Shown: positions 33,075 through 42,730 of the stretch, in pieces
Position numbering within the stretch: the first letter of the stretch is position 1
How the letters are laid out: each line of letters starts with the position of its first letter
Sequence record: PX974237.1
DNA from: a phage
DNA length: 44,742 bases
Reading direction: 5' to 3' (one strand)
The notes under the pieces: model-generated
Database searches by the model: none
Seen by the model: only the letters and a program-made list of their open reading frames with translations
Told to the model about the DNA's origin: nothing
Position numbers and translations under genes: made by a program

Positions 33075-34466
33075 ATGTCTTCTTTGAAATTTCCAGCAAG
33101 TTTAAAGCCGGTGGTATCAAAAGGCTACTCAATGACCAGACGTAACAACGTCTGGAGGGTCGATTTAGCCGGTGGCGGGGTGCGTCAGGGCCGTGACACA
33201 TATTACGACGTGTTCCCGGTGAGCGTAACCCTGATCACATCCGCAATGGGGCGGCAGGCGTTTCTGTCGTTCCTCGAAAAAGTAGACGGTGGTGCGTCAA
33301 GTTTCTGGATGGCCCACGATTTCGGCATGGGTATCGAGGATTACCAGGTAACCATCACGTCCACCATCGCCGAGTCCACAGAAGATGGGATTAACTGGAC
33401 AATCACTTTCACAGCAACCGCTGAGAAATCCCCGTTCCAGGATGAAGACAACCAGTGCCTGATTAACAATCTGCCAGATTTGTACGGTTGCTATGGAGAT
33501 TGCCTCGGTGGTTTCCTGAAAGCATATGGCATTTACGAAACGACGTTCCCTCGCATCTGGAGCAATGAAGGCCCAGCAGGACACCCGCCGATTAACCTTC
33601 TGGCGTCGACTCTTGATAGCCGCATTGTGTATGACGGACCACAGGTTTACTACATCAACCGAAACGGCAATCTTGTGCAGTCCGCCGCCAATGAATGGCC
33701 TTTAACATTTATTGATGGTGTTGCTGCAGGTCGTGTGCCGCCGGAAAATATCCGCGTTAATTTCGCAGTAAATAACGCGAACATATCCAGCGCTGCATGG
33801 GTGAAGATTAATATGTCTGTTTCTGAATATGACACCATCACCGGAGGGTATGCCCTAACCCCGACCACAACAAAGGGCTCGCACAATTTAAACCAAACTG
33901 TGACAAACACGACGCACCAGGTAGGTAGTTTGGTGACAGTTAGTTACATGGTCAAGGCTAACGGCTATGATTTTTTCCGCGTAAGAGTAGCTGACAGTTT
34001 AGGCTTCCTGGGGGATGTAGTAATAAACTCTACTTCAGGGGAGGTTGTTAGCGGCGGTAGTGGGTCAACAGTACAAAATCTTGGAGGAGGACTGTTCCGG
34101 GTTACCGAAACAGTAACAATACGGGCCGGGGGGACAACAAGTATACTTATGCAGTGTTTTGTGGACGCTGACGGGTTGAAGTCAACCTATCCGGGAGACG
34201 GGGTCAGCGGTGCGGTTATTTTGCTGCCACAAATAGAAAAATCTGCGATAGCTACATCACCGATAGTAACCGAATCGTCACCGGTAACCCGCGCGACGGC
34301 ATCCGCAAAAGTAGCAATGAACGGTGCGACAAGCATCGACATCACCTATTCCGACGGCACTGTGGTAAACGTTCCGTCTGCTGACGGTTACGCGACTATC
34401 CCGCAAGCGGATTCTGCGTGGGGTAGTAAGTACATCACTCGTATCGACTTTAATGTGGACGGTTAA
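33075..34466 (+). CDS. Minor tail protein, lambda gpM-like N-terminal domain with long C-terminal extension
   Basis: 463 aa; first ~115 aa (FLSFLEKVDGGASSFWMAHDF) resemble gpM family; remaining ~350 aa Thr/Ser/Gly-rich. Confidence 0.45.
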   Translation: MSSLKFPASLKPVVSKGYSMTRRNNVWRVDLAGGGVRQGRDTYYDVFPVSVTLITSAMGRQAFLSFLEKVDGGASSFWMAHDFGMGIEDYQVTITSTIAESTEDGINWTITFTATAEKSPFQDEDNQCLINNLPDLYGCYGDCLGGFLKAYGIYETTFPRIWSNEGPAGHPPINLLASTLDSRIVYDGPQVYYINRNGNLVQSAANEWPLTFIDGVAAGRVPPENIRVNFAVNNANISSAAWVKINMSVSEYDTITGGYALTPTTTKGSHNLNQTVTNTTHQVGSLVTVSYMVKANGYDFFRVRVADSLGFLGDVVINSTSGEVVSGGSGSTVQNLGGGLFRVTETVTIRAGGTTSILMQCFVDADGLKSTYPGDGVSGAVILLPQIEKSAIATSPIVTESSPVTRATASAKVAMNGATSIDITYSDGTVVNVPSADGYATIPQADSAWGSKYITRIDFNVDG

Positions 34467-34469
34467 TTT

Positions 34470-34985
34470 ATGAGTCAGGAATCAGTAGAAGCTGCCTATC
34501 GCCGTAAGCTGGCCTCCAACCCCGACGGCGAGATGGACTACATCACGTTGCAAATCAGCCACCCGTTGCTGTCTAAGACGTACTATCTTGTGCGCGGGTT
34601 ACAGGAACTCACGGCAACACTGGAGACAGGCGAAATTATCACGTTCGAGCCAACCCCGATGGAGGCGTCGGGGGCGGCTAACAACAGTGATATGGACCAG
34701 ACGACTACGTTTACTTTACCGGATATTCTCAATCAACTTGACGATGAGATGGATAAAATCCCTATGAGTAACACCGAGTTGCCGAAGTTCGTCTTCCGTC
34801 GTTACGTCAGCACAGACCTGTCTTATCCGGCTGACGGTCCTGTCATGTATGAGTTGCAGGCCATCAACCAGGAGAAGGGCGAGTTCTCCGCGGATGTTGG
34901 TACACCTATGCTGAACCAGCGAAGCACTGGTATACTGATGACACCTAAAGAGATACCGTTATTACGCGGCCTGTTGACCACATGA
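34470..34985 (+). CDS. Minor tail protein, lambda gpL-like (putative)
   Basis: 171 aa; position in M-L-K-J order. Confidence 0.4.
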   Translation: MSQESVEAAYRRKLASNPDGEMDYITLQISHPLLSKTYYLVRGLQELTATLETGEIITFEPTPMEASGAANNSDMDQTTTFTLPDILNQLDDEMDKIPMSNTELPKFVFRRYVSTDLSYPADGPVMYELQAINQEKGEFSADVGTPMLNQRSTGILMTPKEIPLLRGLLTT

Positions 34986-35347
34986 ATATTAACGACTACA
35001 CGGGCATACCTTACGACTTTCGCAAACGTAATTGCTGGCATCACGTGCGCATTGTCCGCGCGGATGCCGGGTTAGAAACCCCAGCGTTCGACGTTGCAAG
35101 CCCAACGGCGATTAACGAAGCGTTTGACGAAGGGCATCGCAACACGAAGGGGCTTACAAAAATTGATAAGCCTGAAAACTTCTGTGCGGTGCTTATGGGG
35201 TATCGCCGCGGCGGTCGTATCGTGTGGCACGCTGGAGTTTACTTCGACGGGATGGTGAGTCATTGCGAGCTTGCATCCCGTCAGGTACGGCTTGACAGGC
35301 TGGTGGACCTCAGAGACACGTACACGGAGATTGAATTTTGGCGATAA
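34982..35347 (+). CDS. Tail assembly protein, NlpC/P60-like (lambda gpK-like)
   Basis: 121 aa; NCWHHV Cys-His segment and downstream His consistent with NlpC/P60 catalytic residues. Confidence 0.45.
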   Translation: MNINDYTGIPYDFRKRNCWHHVRIVRADAGLETPAFDVASPTAINEAFDEGHRNTKGLTKIDKPENFCAVLMGYRRGGRIVWHAGVYFDGMVSHCELASRQVRLDRLVDLRDTYTEIEFWR

Positions 35348-37905
35348 TCCTGCACTACACGCGAAACGCTGAAGGCGCTTTCGACCGTACAAAACACGTC
35401 GGGATGCCGATAGATTTTGTCGTTAACCATATTCCTGACGGGGTGCCTGCGCGCGTCTACCTCGGCGAGATTGGCGATGATACTGATGTTACAGACGACT
35501 TCAATGCGCTCAAAGACGAGGACGCCGTGTACCACATTATCGAGGGTGCAGGCGGTGGTATCGGCGACGCTATCGGTAGTGTATTCAGTTTCATCCTTAA
35601 GCCAATTGCCAAATTGTTCGGGCTAAACACAGCAGCTAACGCTAATTATTCCGCTACCAACAATCAGGCTACGTCGCCTAACAACAGTCTTACTGACCGC
35701 TCGAACAAGCCACGTCCTTATGAACGTTCTTATGACATCTGCGGGACAGTGCAGACTATACCCAATGACCTGATGCAGACGTATAAGGTGTTTAACGCCA
35801 CGGGGGCGCTTATTGAATATGCGTACTATGACGCCGGTCGAGGGTATCTGCATATTGAGGAAGACGGTGTAACTGAGGCAGATACCCGAATCAGCGAGAT
35901 AACTGGCTCGTCGGTGACGGTGTATTCTCCTTACACTTCGCCGAATAACACCAGCACACCACAATTGCATATCGGCGACCCTATAGACCAGAAATTGTAC
36001 GTTACATTTAAAAACGCCGATGTCGATGGCGCTGTTCTTCCCGCCCCTAATGATATCGCTATAGACGTGCAGGACTACACTGTCCAGCGGCAGGGAACAA
36101 CCGGCGTTGTAGTAGGCGATGACGCTGGTTTCGATGAGTTTTTGGCGGTCGGGGACCTGGCATACTTCGATAACGTATATGCAGATACAACCCCAGGGTC
36201 TTTGGGTAATGAGGTTAACCTGGACGGGAGGTACACGGTTCTTTCTGTTAGTGAAACGACCCTTATTGTGGACGTCAGTACAAATCAATCAATATGGAAC
36301 CAGCTAGGAACATCTGTATGGTTTATAGGTGAAGAGGGCAACCATCTTATAGGCCCGGCGGATACTTACGCGGCTTCCCTCTCTGAATGGGCGTACATCA
36401 CCCGCGGAACCGTCGACCGTGTTGTAGCCAATGTCGCCGCCAGCAACGGCATGTATAAATATAACGGCGATTATAACCGTGCCTCCGTTACGGTGGAACT
36501 GCAATACCAGATGGTGGACGAATTGAAACAGCCCGTTGGTGGCATATTCACCGTGCAAGGCACTGTTACAGGGAGAAACACCGATTACACTGGTATTACC
36601 CTATACGGAAGCTTGCCTACCGCTTCCAGATTACGCGCCCGTATGCGCCGTGTTTCCGATACTGATAAAGATTTTGAGGGTACTGTTAGCGACGAGGTTA
36701 CTTTCACTAACCTGTACGGACAGTCTCTGGACACAACACCGCACTACGGCAACCGCACTACGGTGCACTGTGCCCGTAAACAAACCCCACGTGCAGCCGA
36801 GGTGTCAGAACCGGAACTGCGCATGATTGCTACCGAGATGTGCTACAAATACTTAGGTAACTGCGTATTCGATACGGTAATGACACCGAACACTCAGGCC
36901 GTGCAGTCGCTAATCAGGCTGGCGCGTGACCCTGTGGTGGGTAATCTGGAACTGACAACGGCAAATATGGACAAGTTACTTGCCGTGCAGGAAGAAATTG
37001 AGTCGTATTTTGACAGTGAATTAGCCGGGCAGTTCTGCTACACATTCGACGACTACGACACAACCATGCAAGACATCGTTCAGACCATCGCGGAAGCCGT
37101 GTTTTGTACGGCATACCGTAAAGGTGCTGATATTATGCTGCGATTCGACCGTCCTGTTGCGGGGCCTGAGATGGTTTTCACCCACCGCAGCAAAACGACC
37201 GGTACGGAGAAATGGACGCGCACGTTCAACGATTCGACAACCTACGATAGCCTATCGTTCTCGTACATTGACCCGGATACAAACGTACAGGAGACGATTT
37301 ATATCCCGGAAGAACTCGGCGCGAACACCGAGGAGTACGAATCGAAGGGTGTACGTAACTATCAGCAAGCGTACTGGCTGGCGTGGCGTCGCTACCAGCG
37401 CAACACGTTAAGTAAAGTTGTCGTAGAGTTCGAAGCTACCGAAGAAGGCGCTCTCGCTACTCCCGGCGGCGTAATCAGTGTGGTTAAAGGCTCGCGTATC
37501 GCGCCGCAGGATGGTTATGTTGTTGCCGTCAATGGCCTTACGCTGACGCTGTCTCAGCCTGTTACGTTTACTCCTGGTGATGACCATTCCATCATTCTTA
37601 AGAAGCGCGACGGCTCTGTGCAGAGTATTTCTGTTATCAAAGGAAGCCACGACCGCGAAGTGATTATGCTCTCCGCGCCGGAGGAGGCAATCTACACGGG
37701 GAATAGTGCGCTAAAAACTGAGTTTTCATTCGGCAACGAAGCAAGGCATAATGCTCAGAAGATAGTTGTTTCTTCAATCGACCCCGGCGACGACCGCACA
37801 GTCAAGATTACGGGCTACAACTATGATGACGGATTCTATAAATACGACGGCGTCGCGCCATACGGCAGCGGTTTCTCCGACGGATTCAGCAATGGTTTTA
37901 ATTAA
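35338..37905 (+). CDS. Tail tip / central fibre protein (lambda gpJ-like host specificity protein)
   Basis: 855 aa ORF (TTG start in track) following the M/L/K-like genes. Confidence 0.5.
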   Translation: MAIILHYTRNAEGAFDRTKHVGMPIDFVVNHIPDGVPARVYLGEIGDDTDVTDDFNALKDEDAVYHIIEGAGGGIGDAIGSVFSFILKPIAKLFGLNTAANANYSATNNQATSPNNSLTDRSNKPRPYERSYDICGTVQTIPNDLMQTYKVFNATGALIEYAYYDAGRGYLHIEEDGVTEADTRISEITGSSVTVYSPYTSPNNTSTPQLHIGDPIDQKLYVTFKNADVDGAVLPAPNDIAIDVQDYTVQRQGTTGVVVGDDAGFDEFLAVGDLAYFDNVYADTTPGSLGNEVNLDGRYTVLSVSETTLIVDVSTNQSIWNQLGTSVWFIGEEGNHLIGPADTYAASLSEWAYITRGTVDRVVANVAASNGMYKYNGDYNRASVTVELQYQMVDELKQPVGGIFTVQGTVTGRNTDYTGITLYGSLPTASRLRARMRRVSDTDKDFEGTVSDEVTFTNLYGQSLDTTPHYGNRTTVHCARKQTPRAAEVSEPELRMIATEMCYKYLGNCVFDTVMTPNTQAVQSLIRLARDPVVGNLELTTANMDKLLAVQEEIESYFDSELAGQFCYTFDDYDTTMQDIVQTIAEAVFCTAYRKGADIMLRFDRPVAGPEMVFTHRSKTTGTEKWTRTFNDSTTYDSLSFSYIDPDTNVQETIYIPEELGANTEEYESKGVRNYQQAYWLAWRRYQRNTLSKVVVEFEATEEGALATPGGVISVVKGSRIAPQDGYVVAVNGLTLTLSQPVTFTPGDDHSIILKKRDGSVQSISVIKGSHDREVIMLSAPEEAIYTGNSALKTEFSFGNEARHNAQKIVVSSIDPGDDRTVKITGYNYDDGFYKYDGVAPYGSGFSDGFSNGFN

Positions 37906-37917
37906 AGAGGACTCTAT

Positions 37918-39903
37918 ATGTCAAGCGGATGCGGTGACGTTTTAAGCCTGGCGGATTTACAAACCGCCAAGAAACACCAAATTTTTGAAGCCGAGGTTAT
38001 CACCGGTAAATCCGGCGGGGTTGCTGGTGGCGCCGATATTGATTACGCGACCAACCCTGTTACCGGGCAGACCCAGAAGACGCTCCCTGCCGTGTTGCGT
38101 GACGCTGGTTTTTCTCCTGTATCGTGGGACTTTTCCACCGGCGGTACGTTAACCGCTAATGACCGCGACAAAGTGGTGTATGACCCTGTACGCAAGACGT
38201 GGTACTCGTATACCGGGACTCTGCCGGTTGTTGTCCCCGCATCGTTTAACCCGGTTGGTAACGCTAACTGGAAGCCGCAGACTGACCCGGATTTGCGTAA
38301 TGATTTGGCGTCAAGTACCGCCGGTTTAGGGGCTTCACTGGTGTCTTTTTCCAACGGTAACACCGTTGAAACATTATCTGACGCGGAAGGTGCCAAGAAC
38401 ATAGGCAGTGGCGAAAGGAGTTTGCTTGCACGTAACAATGATATTAAGCATTCTGGCGACTTTTCTACCCTTCAAGCCGCGGTAGATGCGTCGTTAACTA
38501 AAAACGACTTAATTGTTTCTCCGGGTGAGTATACAGAAGCAATCACTCTGGGTAGTAAGCAGATAAAAGGTGTAGGTGGTGCTGCAATATTAAAACCATC
38601 GGCAAACTATGCAAATACTGTACAGGTTAATTTATCCACCCCGCACTGGCAGTTTCGACACAGCGGTGGTTTTGCCGTAGATGGTACAGGTACAACTGGG
38701 GCCGTAGGTATTAGTTTTGACCCGTCAGACCAATATTCCGGACGTCATAATTTTAGTGATTTATACATCCACAACATCAACAAGGCCATTCAGAAGCCTT
38801 CCGGGAACATCGGTAATACATGGAGAAATATTGGGGTATCTACGTGTGATTGGGGGTATTACGCGATTAGTGGCTCAGAGATGCATTGCGGGGCCGATAC
38901 CCTCTACAATATCCACTTCGACGGCATCTCCACCTATGCCGTCTACCTAAACGGCACTGTCAATAACGGCGGGATAGGCGGATGGTGGCTTAAAGACTCC
39001 ATTATTGAGGCTTCCGGAGGCGGCGGGATATACTTAAAAAGCAAATCGGGTGACTGTCCTACATCTCCATGCGGGGTATCCAATGTAGGGATGGAAGCTA
39101 TTGCAACATCATCGGCTGTTCAGGTAGACGGCGTGGCGCAAAAACCGCGAGTTCTCAAGTTGGTAGACACCGCGATATTCTTTGCTGAGTATTCTTATCT
39201 CAATAACATCGAGCTATCCAACTCCAACTTAGTAACTTATGGTTGCCGTTTTGACAACGCTGATGGTAATCAGGATATTGTAGTGGATGCACAAAGCACC
39301 ATCGTAGCCCACGACGTGTATTTAAACGGCAGCTCTGGAAAGGACGTTATTGTAGAGTCTGTCGCGTCGCAATCCGCAACGATAGCCACTACAAACTTGT
39401 CTCTACGAGGAAATTTAACAAGGGGACGAGTGTTTAATACGCCGACGGGGAATAAGTTAAAAGCTATCACATTTGACTCAGGTAGCCATAATTTTTCTGG
39501 TAGCGGTACCGTTAACGGTTCGACTGTATCTGACGGACTTCACGCCGCTACATGTACCGAATTTTCATTCCCTGGGTCCGGTTTATATGAAATGGTAGCG
39601 TCAAGAACGACACTTACATCCGGCAGATGGTACGTGTGGGGCGTCAACTCTCGCCGCCAATCAGGAACAGCAGATGTGAGTATAACGTCAGGTATTACTA
39701 TGGGTAGCGTTTATACTAAGTCTGGTGAGTGGATTAGCACATTTGGTGTGGGTAAAGCTTCCGCTAACGGTACTGTAGGTCTGTACGTCTCTACTGGGGG
39801 AGGTTCAGGTGCTGTTATCAGATTTAGTGACTTCTTCATCGCTGAGTTTACGACGCAGGCTCAGGCTTTAGCTTTCGCTAACTCCCGAATGTCGTTGGCT
39901 TAA
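37918..39903 (+). CDS. Tailspike / receptor-binding protein with beta-helix (pectate-lyase-like) domain
   Basis: 661 aa; GC-rich N-terminal ~180 aa anchor, then AT-richer region beginning DFSTLQAAVDAS... with Gly/Asn/Ser/Thr-rich repeats typical of beta-helix depolymerases. Confidence 0.6.
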   Translation: MSSGCGDVLSLADLQTAKKHQIFEAEVITGKSGGVAGGADIDYATNPVTGQTQKTLPAVLRDAGFSPVSWDFSTGGTLTANDRDKVVYDPVRKTWYSYTGTLPVVVPASFNPVGNANWKPQTDPDLRNDLASSTAGLGASLVSFSNGNTVETLSDAEGAKNIGSGERSLLARNNDIKHSGDFSTLQAAVDASLTKNDLIVSPGEYTEAITLGSKQIKGVGGAAILKPSANYANTVQVNLSTPHWQFRHSGGFAVDGTGTTGAVGISFDPSDQYSGRHNFSDLYIHNINKAIQKPSGNIGNTWRNIGVSTCDWGYYAISGSEMHCGADTLYNIHFDGISTYAVYLNGTVNNGGIGGWWLKDSIIEASGGGGIYLKSKSGDCPTSPCGVSNVGMEAIATSSAVQVDGVAQKPRVLKLVDTAIFFAEYSYLNNIELSNSNLVTYGCRFDNADGNQDIVVDAQSTIVAHDVYLNGSSGKDVIVESVASQSATIATTNLSLRGNLTRGRVFNTPTGNKLKAITFDSGSHNFSGSGTVNGSTVSDGLHAATCTEFSFPGSGLYEMVASRTTLTSGRWYVWGVNSRRQSGTADVSITSGITMGSVYTKSGEWISTFGVGKASANGTVGLYVSTGGGSGAVIRFSDFFIAEFTTQAQALAFANSRMSLA

Positions 39904-39907
39904 AACT

Positions 39908-39930
39908 AAGGCCCCAAACGGGGCCTTTTC
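39908..39930. terminator. Bidirectional rho-independent terminator
   Basis: aaggcccc-aaac-ggggcctt followed by TTTTCTCT. Confidence 0.7.
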
Positions 39931-39931
39931 T

Positions 39932-40069
39932 CTACTCTTCTGATAACTTCTCCAGTACAAACGCCAGTTGCGCATTAGCGGCGTCTCTTTGCTGACGTAG
40001 CCGCAGAACCTCTTCTTCGAGTTCCTTGATACGTTTTTGCAATGCTGGAATCGGGGCTATGATGTTCAT
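39932..40069 (-). CDS. Small coiled-coil protein (45 aa), last gene of the leftward replication operon
   Basis: ATG overlapping stop of the Toprim gene (ATGA); MNIIAPIPALQKRIKELEEEVLRLRQQRD... Confidence 0.3.
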   Translation of the reverse strand: MNIIAPIPALQKRIKELEEEVLRLRQQRDAANAQLAFVLEKLSEE

Positions 40070-40581
40070 CTGGTAAATTTCCTCGCAAGATACGTTATTT
40101 CTTCTTCACAAAGTTCATCGAGGTCGTTAGATACAAATCCTCTGGTGAATGTTTTGCTGAACTTTAAGCCCGCTTTATCACTGTCACCGGCGCACACCCA
40201 TTCATACGGCAAAAGTGACATTTGCTGCCGTAAGTCAGCTGGTATGTTCGACCCCAATGCGCTAACTGCATTAAACCCGCAATTCATCAAAGCAACAGCT
40301 TTAAATATGCTTTCGGTAACAAATACCACCCCGCTACTTGGCAAATACTCAAGTCCCCATAAACACGGCCTTGTTGTTCGGGTAAAGTACCGCGCGTCTT
40401 TAGGGTTTTTACAGTTCTTTTCAGCATGCGGCTTGTAATGCTGGTATCCTCGTAGCCTGCCGTCAAAACCCCACAAGTAGAATGTAGCAACGCCAGGGGC
40501 TAAGACTACCTGGAGACGGTCTGCGTCAAAACCTCGTGACAGCAGATGCGCCTTAAGTAGAAACTCTTCGAAATCCATCAT
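40066..40581 (-). CDS. Toprim-domain protein (DnaG-like primase core, putative)
   Basis: 171 aa; VVFVTESIFKAVALMNCGFNAVSALGSN...VCAGDSDKAG fits the Toprim pattern. Confidence 0.5.
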   Translation of the reverse strand: MMDFEEFLLKAHLLSRGFDADRLQVVLAPGVATFYLWGFDGRLRGYQHYKPHAEKNCKNPKDARYFTRTTRPCLWGLEYLPSSGVVFVTESIFKAVALMNCGFNAVSALGSNIPADLRQQMSLLPYEWVCAGDSDKAGLKFSKTFTRGFVSNDLDELCEEEITYLARKFTR

Positions 40582-42008
40582 TTCTTACTCCTACGTTTCA
40601 TATAATTAAGTAGTTCATCCTGTACAGACCTTTTCTCGTCTGTACGAGCGGCGACAACTTCATCAAGAGTATCTCGGGCTATTATTTGATAAATGAATAC
40701 AGACCGTTTGTATCCGGATTGCATCTGCCTTACTGGGCCTATACGCTCGATAACCTGCAGATAATGCTCCAGGTTCCACCCCTGACTCATAAAAGCCATG
40801 TGATGCCCGCCGTGTTGTAGCGACAGCCCGTGGCCCGCGGATGCCGGGTGTATCAGGAGCATAGGTATATCCCCCCGGTTCCACGCTTCCATCTGCTTAT
40901 TACCCTTAGCACCTTTTGCAAACGCCTGCGCCTGCGGGAATCGCTTAAGGATGCGCTCCAGTTCGTGCTTAAACTGATAGGCGACTAGCAACGGCGCGCC
41001 CTGTAACTCCTCAACAATTGACTCAAGCGCATCCAGTTTCGTGTCGTGCACTTTCTCCCAGTCTTTCGTTGCTTCGCCATCCGGCCCTGACACATACACG
41101 GCACCAGATGCAATCTGCAAGCACTTTGAGGTCTTCGCCGCAGCGTTAGCCGCTTCAACTTCCCCGCTCTCCAGTTCTGCGAATAACTTCTCCTCCATAT
41201 CTATGTACGCCTGACGCGCTTTCTTCGGCAGGTCTATTTCCACCGGTACGATAACAGGCGCTTCACAACCAAACCACTCGGCAGGGTCTATGGTCAGGCT
41301 GATGTCTTTCATCTTCTGATGAATCTCATTATCCGCACCCGGTCGTGCATGATACTCGCGGGCCATAGCCGATTTACCTTTCTGTACCGAGTTAAACCAG
41401 CGGTCGGTGAATGCTGTGTACGATGAACCGAGTCGCTCGCCAGCGTCGATAAACCAGTTCTGCCCCCACAAGTCCTTGAGGCCGTTTGGTGACGGCGTGC
41501 CAGTCAGGTTAATGAAACGCTTAACCTTTCCGAACGCAACCTTGCTGAGCGCCTTTGCCCGCTTGCTACCACCCGAACGGCTGCGGAACGATTTAAGCTT
41601 CGTGCTTTCATCGGCAACGATAACCGTAAAAGGCCAGTCGTCTTTGCCGTAGTAGTCAATTAGCCACTCGATAACTTCGTAGTTAGTGCACACCACGTTA
41701 GCATCTGACTCCAGCGCTGCGATGCGGCGCTTCTCCGAACCAGTTGCATCTACGACACGCAGACAAGGGAATTGCCATTTCTCTTGTTCAGCGGGCCACG
41801 TACCGGACGCAACACGTAACGGGGCAAGGATTAACACGCGGTCCTCTTCCGTAAGCTGCCCGTTGCGGAACAGGCGGTTGAGCACCCACATAGTGGAGGA
41901 GGTTTTACCTCCCCCCATTCCGCACCAGATATTACAGCGCGGGTGTTGCAGCATGAACGAAGTCATGAGCTTCTGGTACTCTCGACGGATAAATTTAGAC
42001 ATGTTCAA
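40578..42008 (-). CDS. SNF2-family helicase / ATPase
   Basis: 476 aa; Walker A GMGGGKT, DEST box, LTGTPSPN motif, C-terminal helicase motifs. Confidence 0.8.
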   Translation of the reverse strand: MNMSKFIRREYQKLMTSFMLQHPRCNIWCGMGGGKTSSTMWVLNRLFRNGQLTEEDRVLILAPLRVASGTWPAEQEKWQFPCLRVVDATGSEKRRIAALESDANVVCTNYEVIEWLIDYYGKDDWPFTVIVADESTKLKSFRSRSGGSKRAKALSKVAFGKVKRFINLTGTPSPNGLKDLWGQNWFIDAGERLGSSYTAFTDRWFNSVQKGKSAMAREYHARPGADNEIHQKMKDISLTIDPAEWFGCEAPVIVPVEIDLPKKARQAYIDMEEKLFAELESGEVEAANAAAKTSKCLQIASGAVYVSGPDGEATKDWEKVHDTKLDALESIVEELQGAPLLVAYQFKHELERILKRFPQAQAFAKGAKGNKQMEAWNRGDIPMLLIHPASAGHGLSLQHGGHHMAFMSQGWNLEHYLQVIERIGPVRQMQSGYKRSVFIYQIIARDTLDEVVAARTDEKRSVQDELLNYMKRRSKK

Positions 42009-42199
42009 TCCTTAACGTAGAGTACCAGCTCTTTACGCCCGAACGCGGTAACGTTGCCTGTTACATCTTCGATAACCAGTTTACCGTTTGACTCGACGAA
42101 CACAGTATCAACGGCAACAGGCTGGCGGGTCTTAACGTTGAAAATCATGTCGCCAGGTACGATGTCACGTGCTGGTTTACGGTCATATTCGTATTTCAT
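42005..42199 (-). CDS. Hypothetical protein (64 aa)
   Basis: ORF downstream of a conserved promoter, stop-start overlap with SNF2 gene. Confidence 0.45.
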   Translation of the reverse strand: MKYEYDRKPARDIVPGDMIFNVKTRQPVAVDTVFVESNGKLVIEDVTGNVTAFGRKELVLYVKD

Positions 42200-42229
42200 C
42201 TATCAATTCCTTATATTGTTGGTGTAGGG

Positions 42230-42517
42230 CTAACTATAATAGTTCGCTATTAGGTCGTCAACCTGTTTGAACGACCCGACGACAAAAACATTCGCACCAC
42301 GTTTACGCATCCGCTCATGCTCTCGTAACTGGTGTGGGTCAGGCTTCGTGCTTTCGTCTTTCTTCACCTCGACGAACCAGACGATGCCGCCCGGGAGAAT
42401 TACCAGCAGGTCGGGAGCGCCGGAACGTCCTTCGTAGGAGAGCTTGCGAACGAGGCCACCGAGGGCCTCGAATCGCTCTTTTGCGTATTTCTGTATGCGC
42501 CCCTCAGGCGTACTCAT
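42230..42517 (-). CDS. VRR-NUC domain nuclease
   Basis: 95 aa; GAPDLLVILPGGIVWFVEVKK matches the VRR-NUC PD-(D/E)XK signature. Confidence 0.7.
   Translation of the reverse strand: MSTPEGRIQKYAKERFEALGGLVRKLSYEGRSGAPDLLVILPGGIVWFVEVKKDESTKPDPHQLREHERMRKRGANVFVVGSFKQVDDLIANYYS
42233..42261 (-). promoter_or_regulatory. Sigma70-like promoter (TTGACG-17-TATAGT), replication-module family
   Basis: Minus-strand -35 at 42261-42256, -10 at 42238-42233; spacer shared with promoters at 1031-1059 and 3855-3883. Confidence 0.5.
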
Positions 42518-42602
42518 CTATACACCCCTCACGTTTCGTATGCTCAATACCGCAGCGCGGACAGATTCGGCAGTCTTCCTCATAAAACCAGTAAATTTTC
42601 AT
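42504..42602 (-). CDS. Zinc-ribbon micro-protein (32 aa)
   Basis: MKIYWFYEEDCRICPRCGIEHTKREGC; start overlaps upstream micro-ORF stop, stop overlaps VRR-NUC start. Confidence 0.25.
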   Translation of the reverse strand: MKIYWFYEEDCRICPRCGIEHTKREGCIDEYA

Positions 42603-42730
42603 TCCGGCACCCACAGATAAATTGCTACTAACATACCCAATACGGCGACCATCATGCCGTATTGGCCTTCGTGACAGTAGACAACTGCGGCGAATCCCGC
42701 CAGTACCGCGATAATCAGTTTACTTAGCAT
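42599..42730 (-). CDS. Hydrophobic micro-protein (43 aa, two TM-like segments)
   Basis: ATG overlaps the last codons of the polymerase gene; weak RBS. Confidence 0.2.
   Translation of the reverse strand: MLSKLIIAVLAGFAAVVYCHEGQYGMMVAVLGMLVAIYLWVPE

Noticed and set aside
35623-36288. 221-aa minus-strand ORF
   Set aside because: Antisense inside the gpJ-like tail tip gene
37918-38450. P22-type head-binding domain at the tailspike N-terminus
   Set aside because: The N-terminal sequence does not resemble the P22 tailspike N-terminus as I recall it; called a generic anchor domain instead
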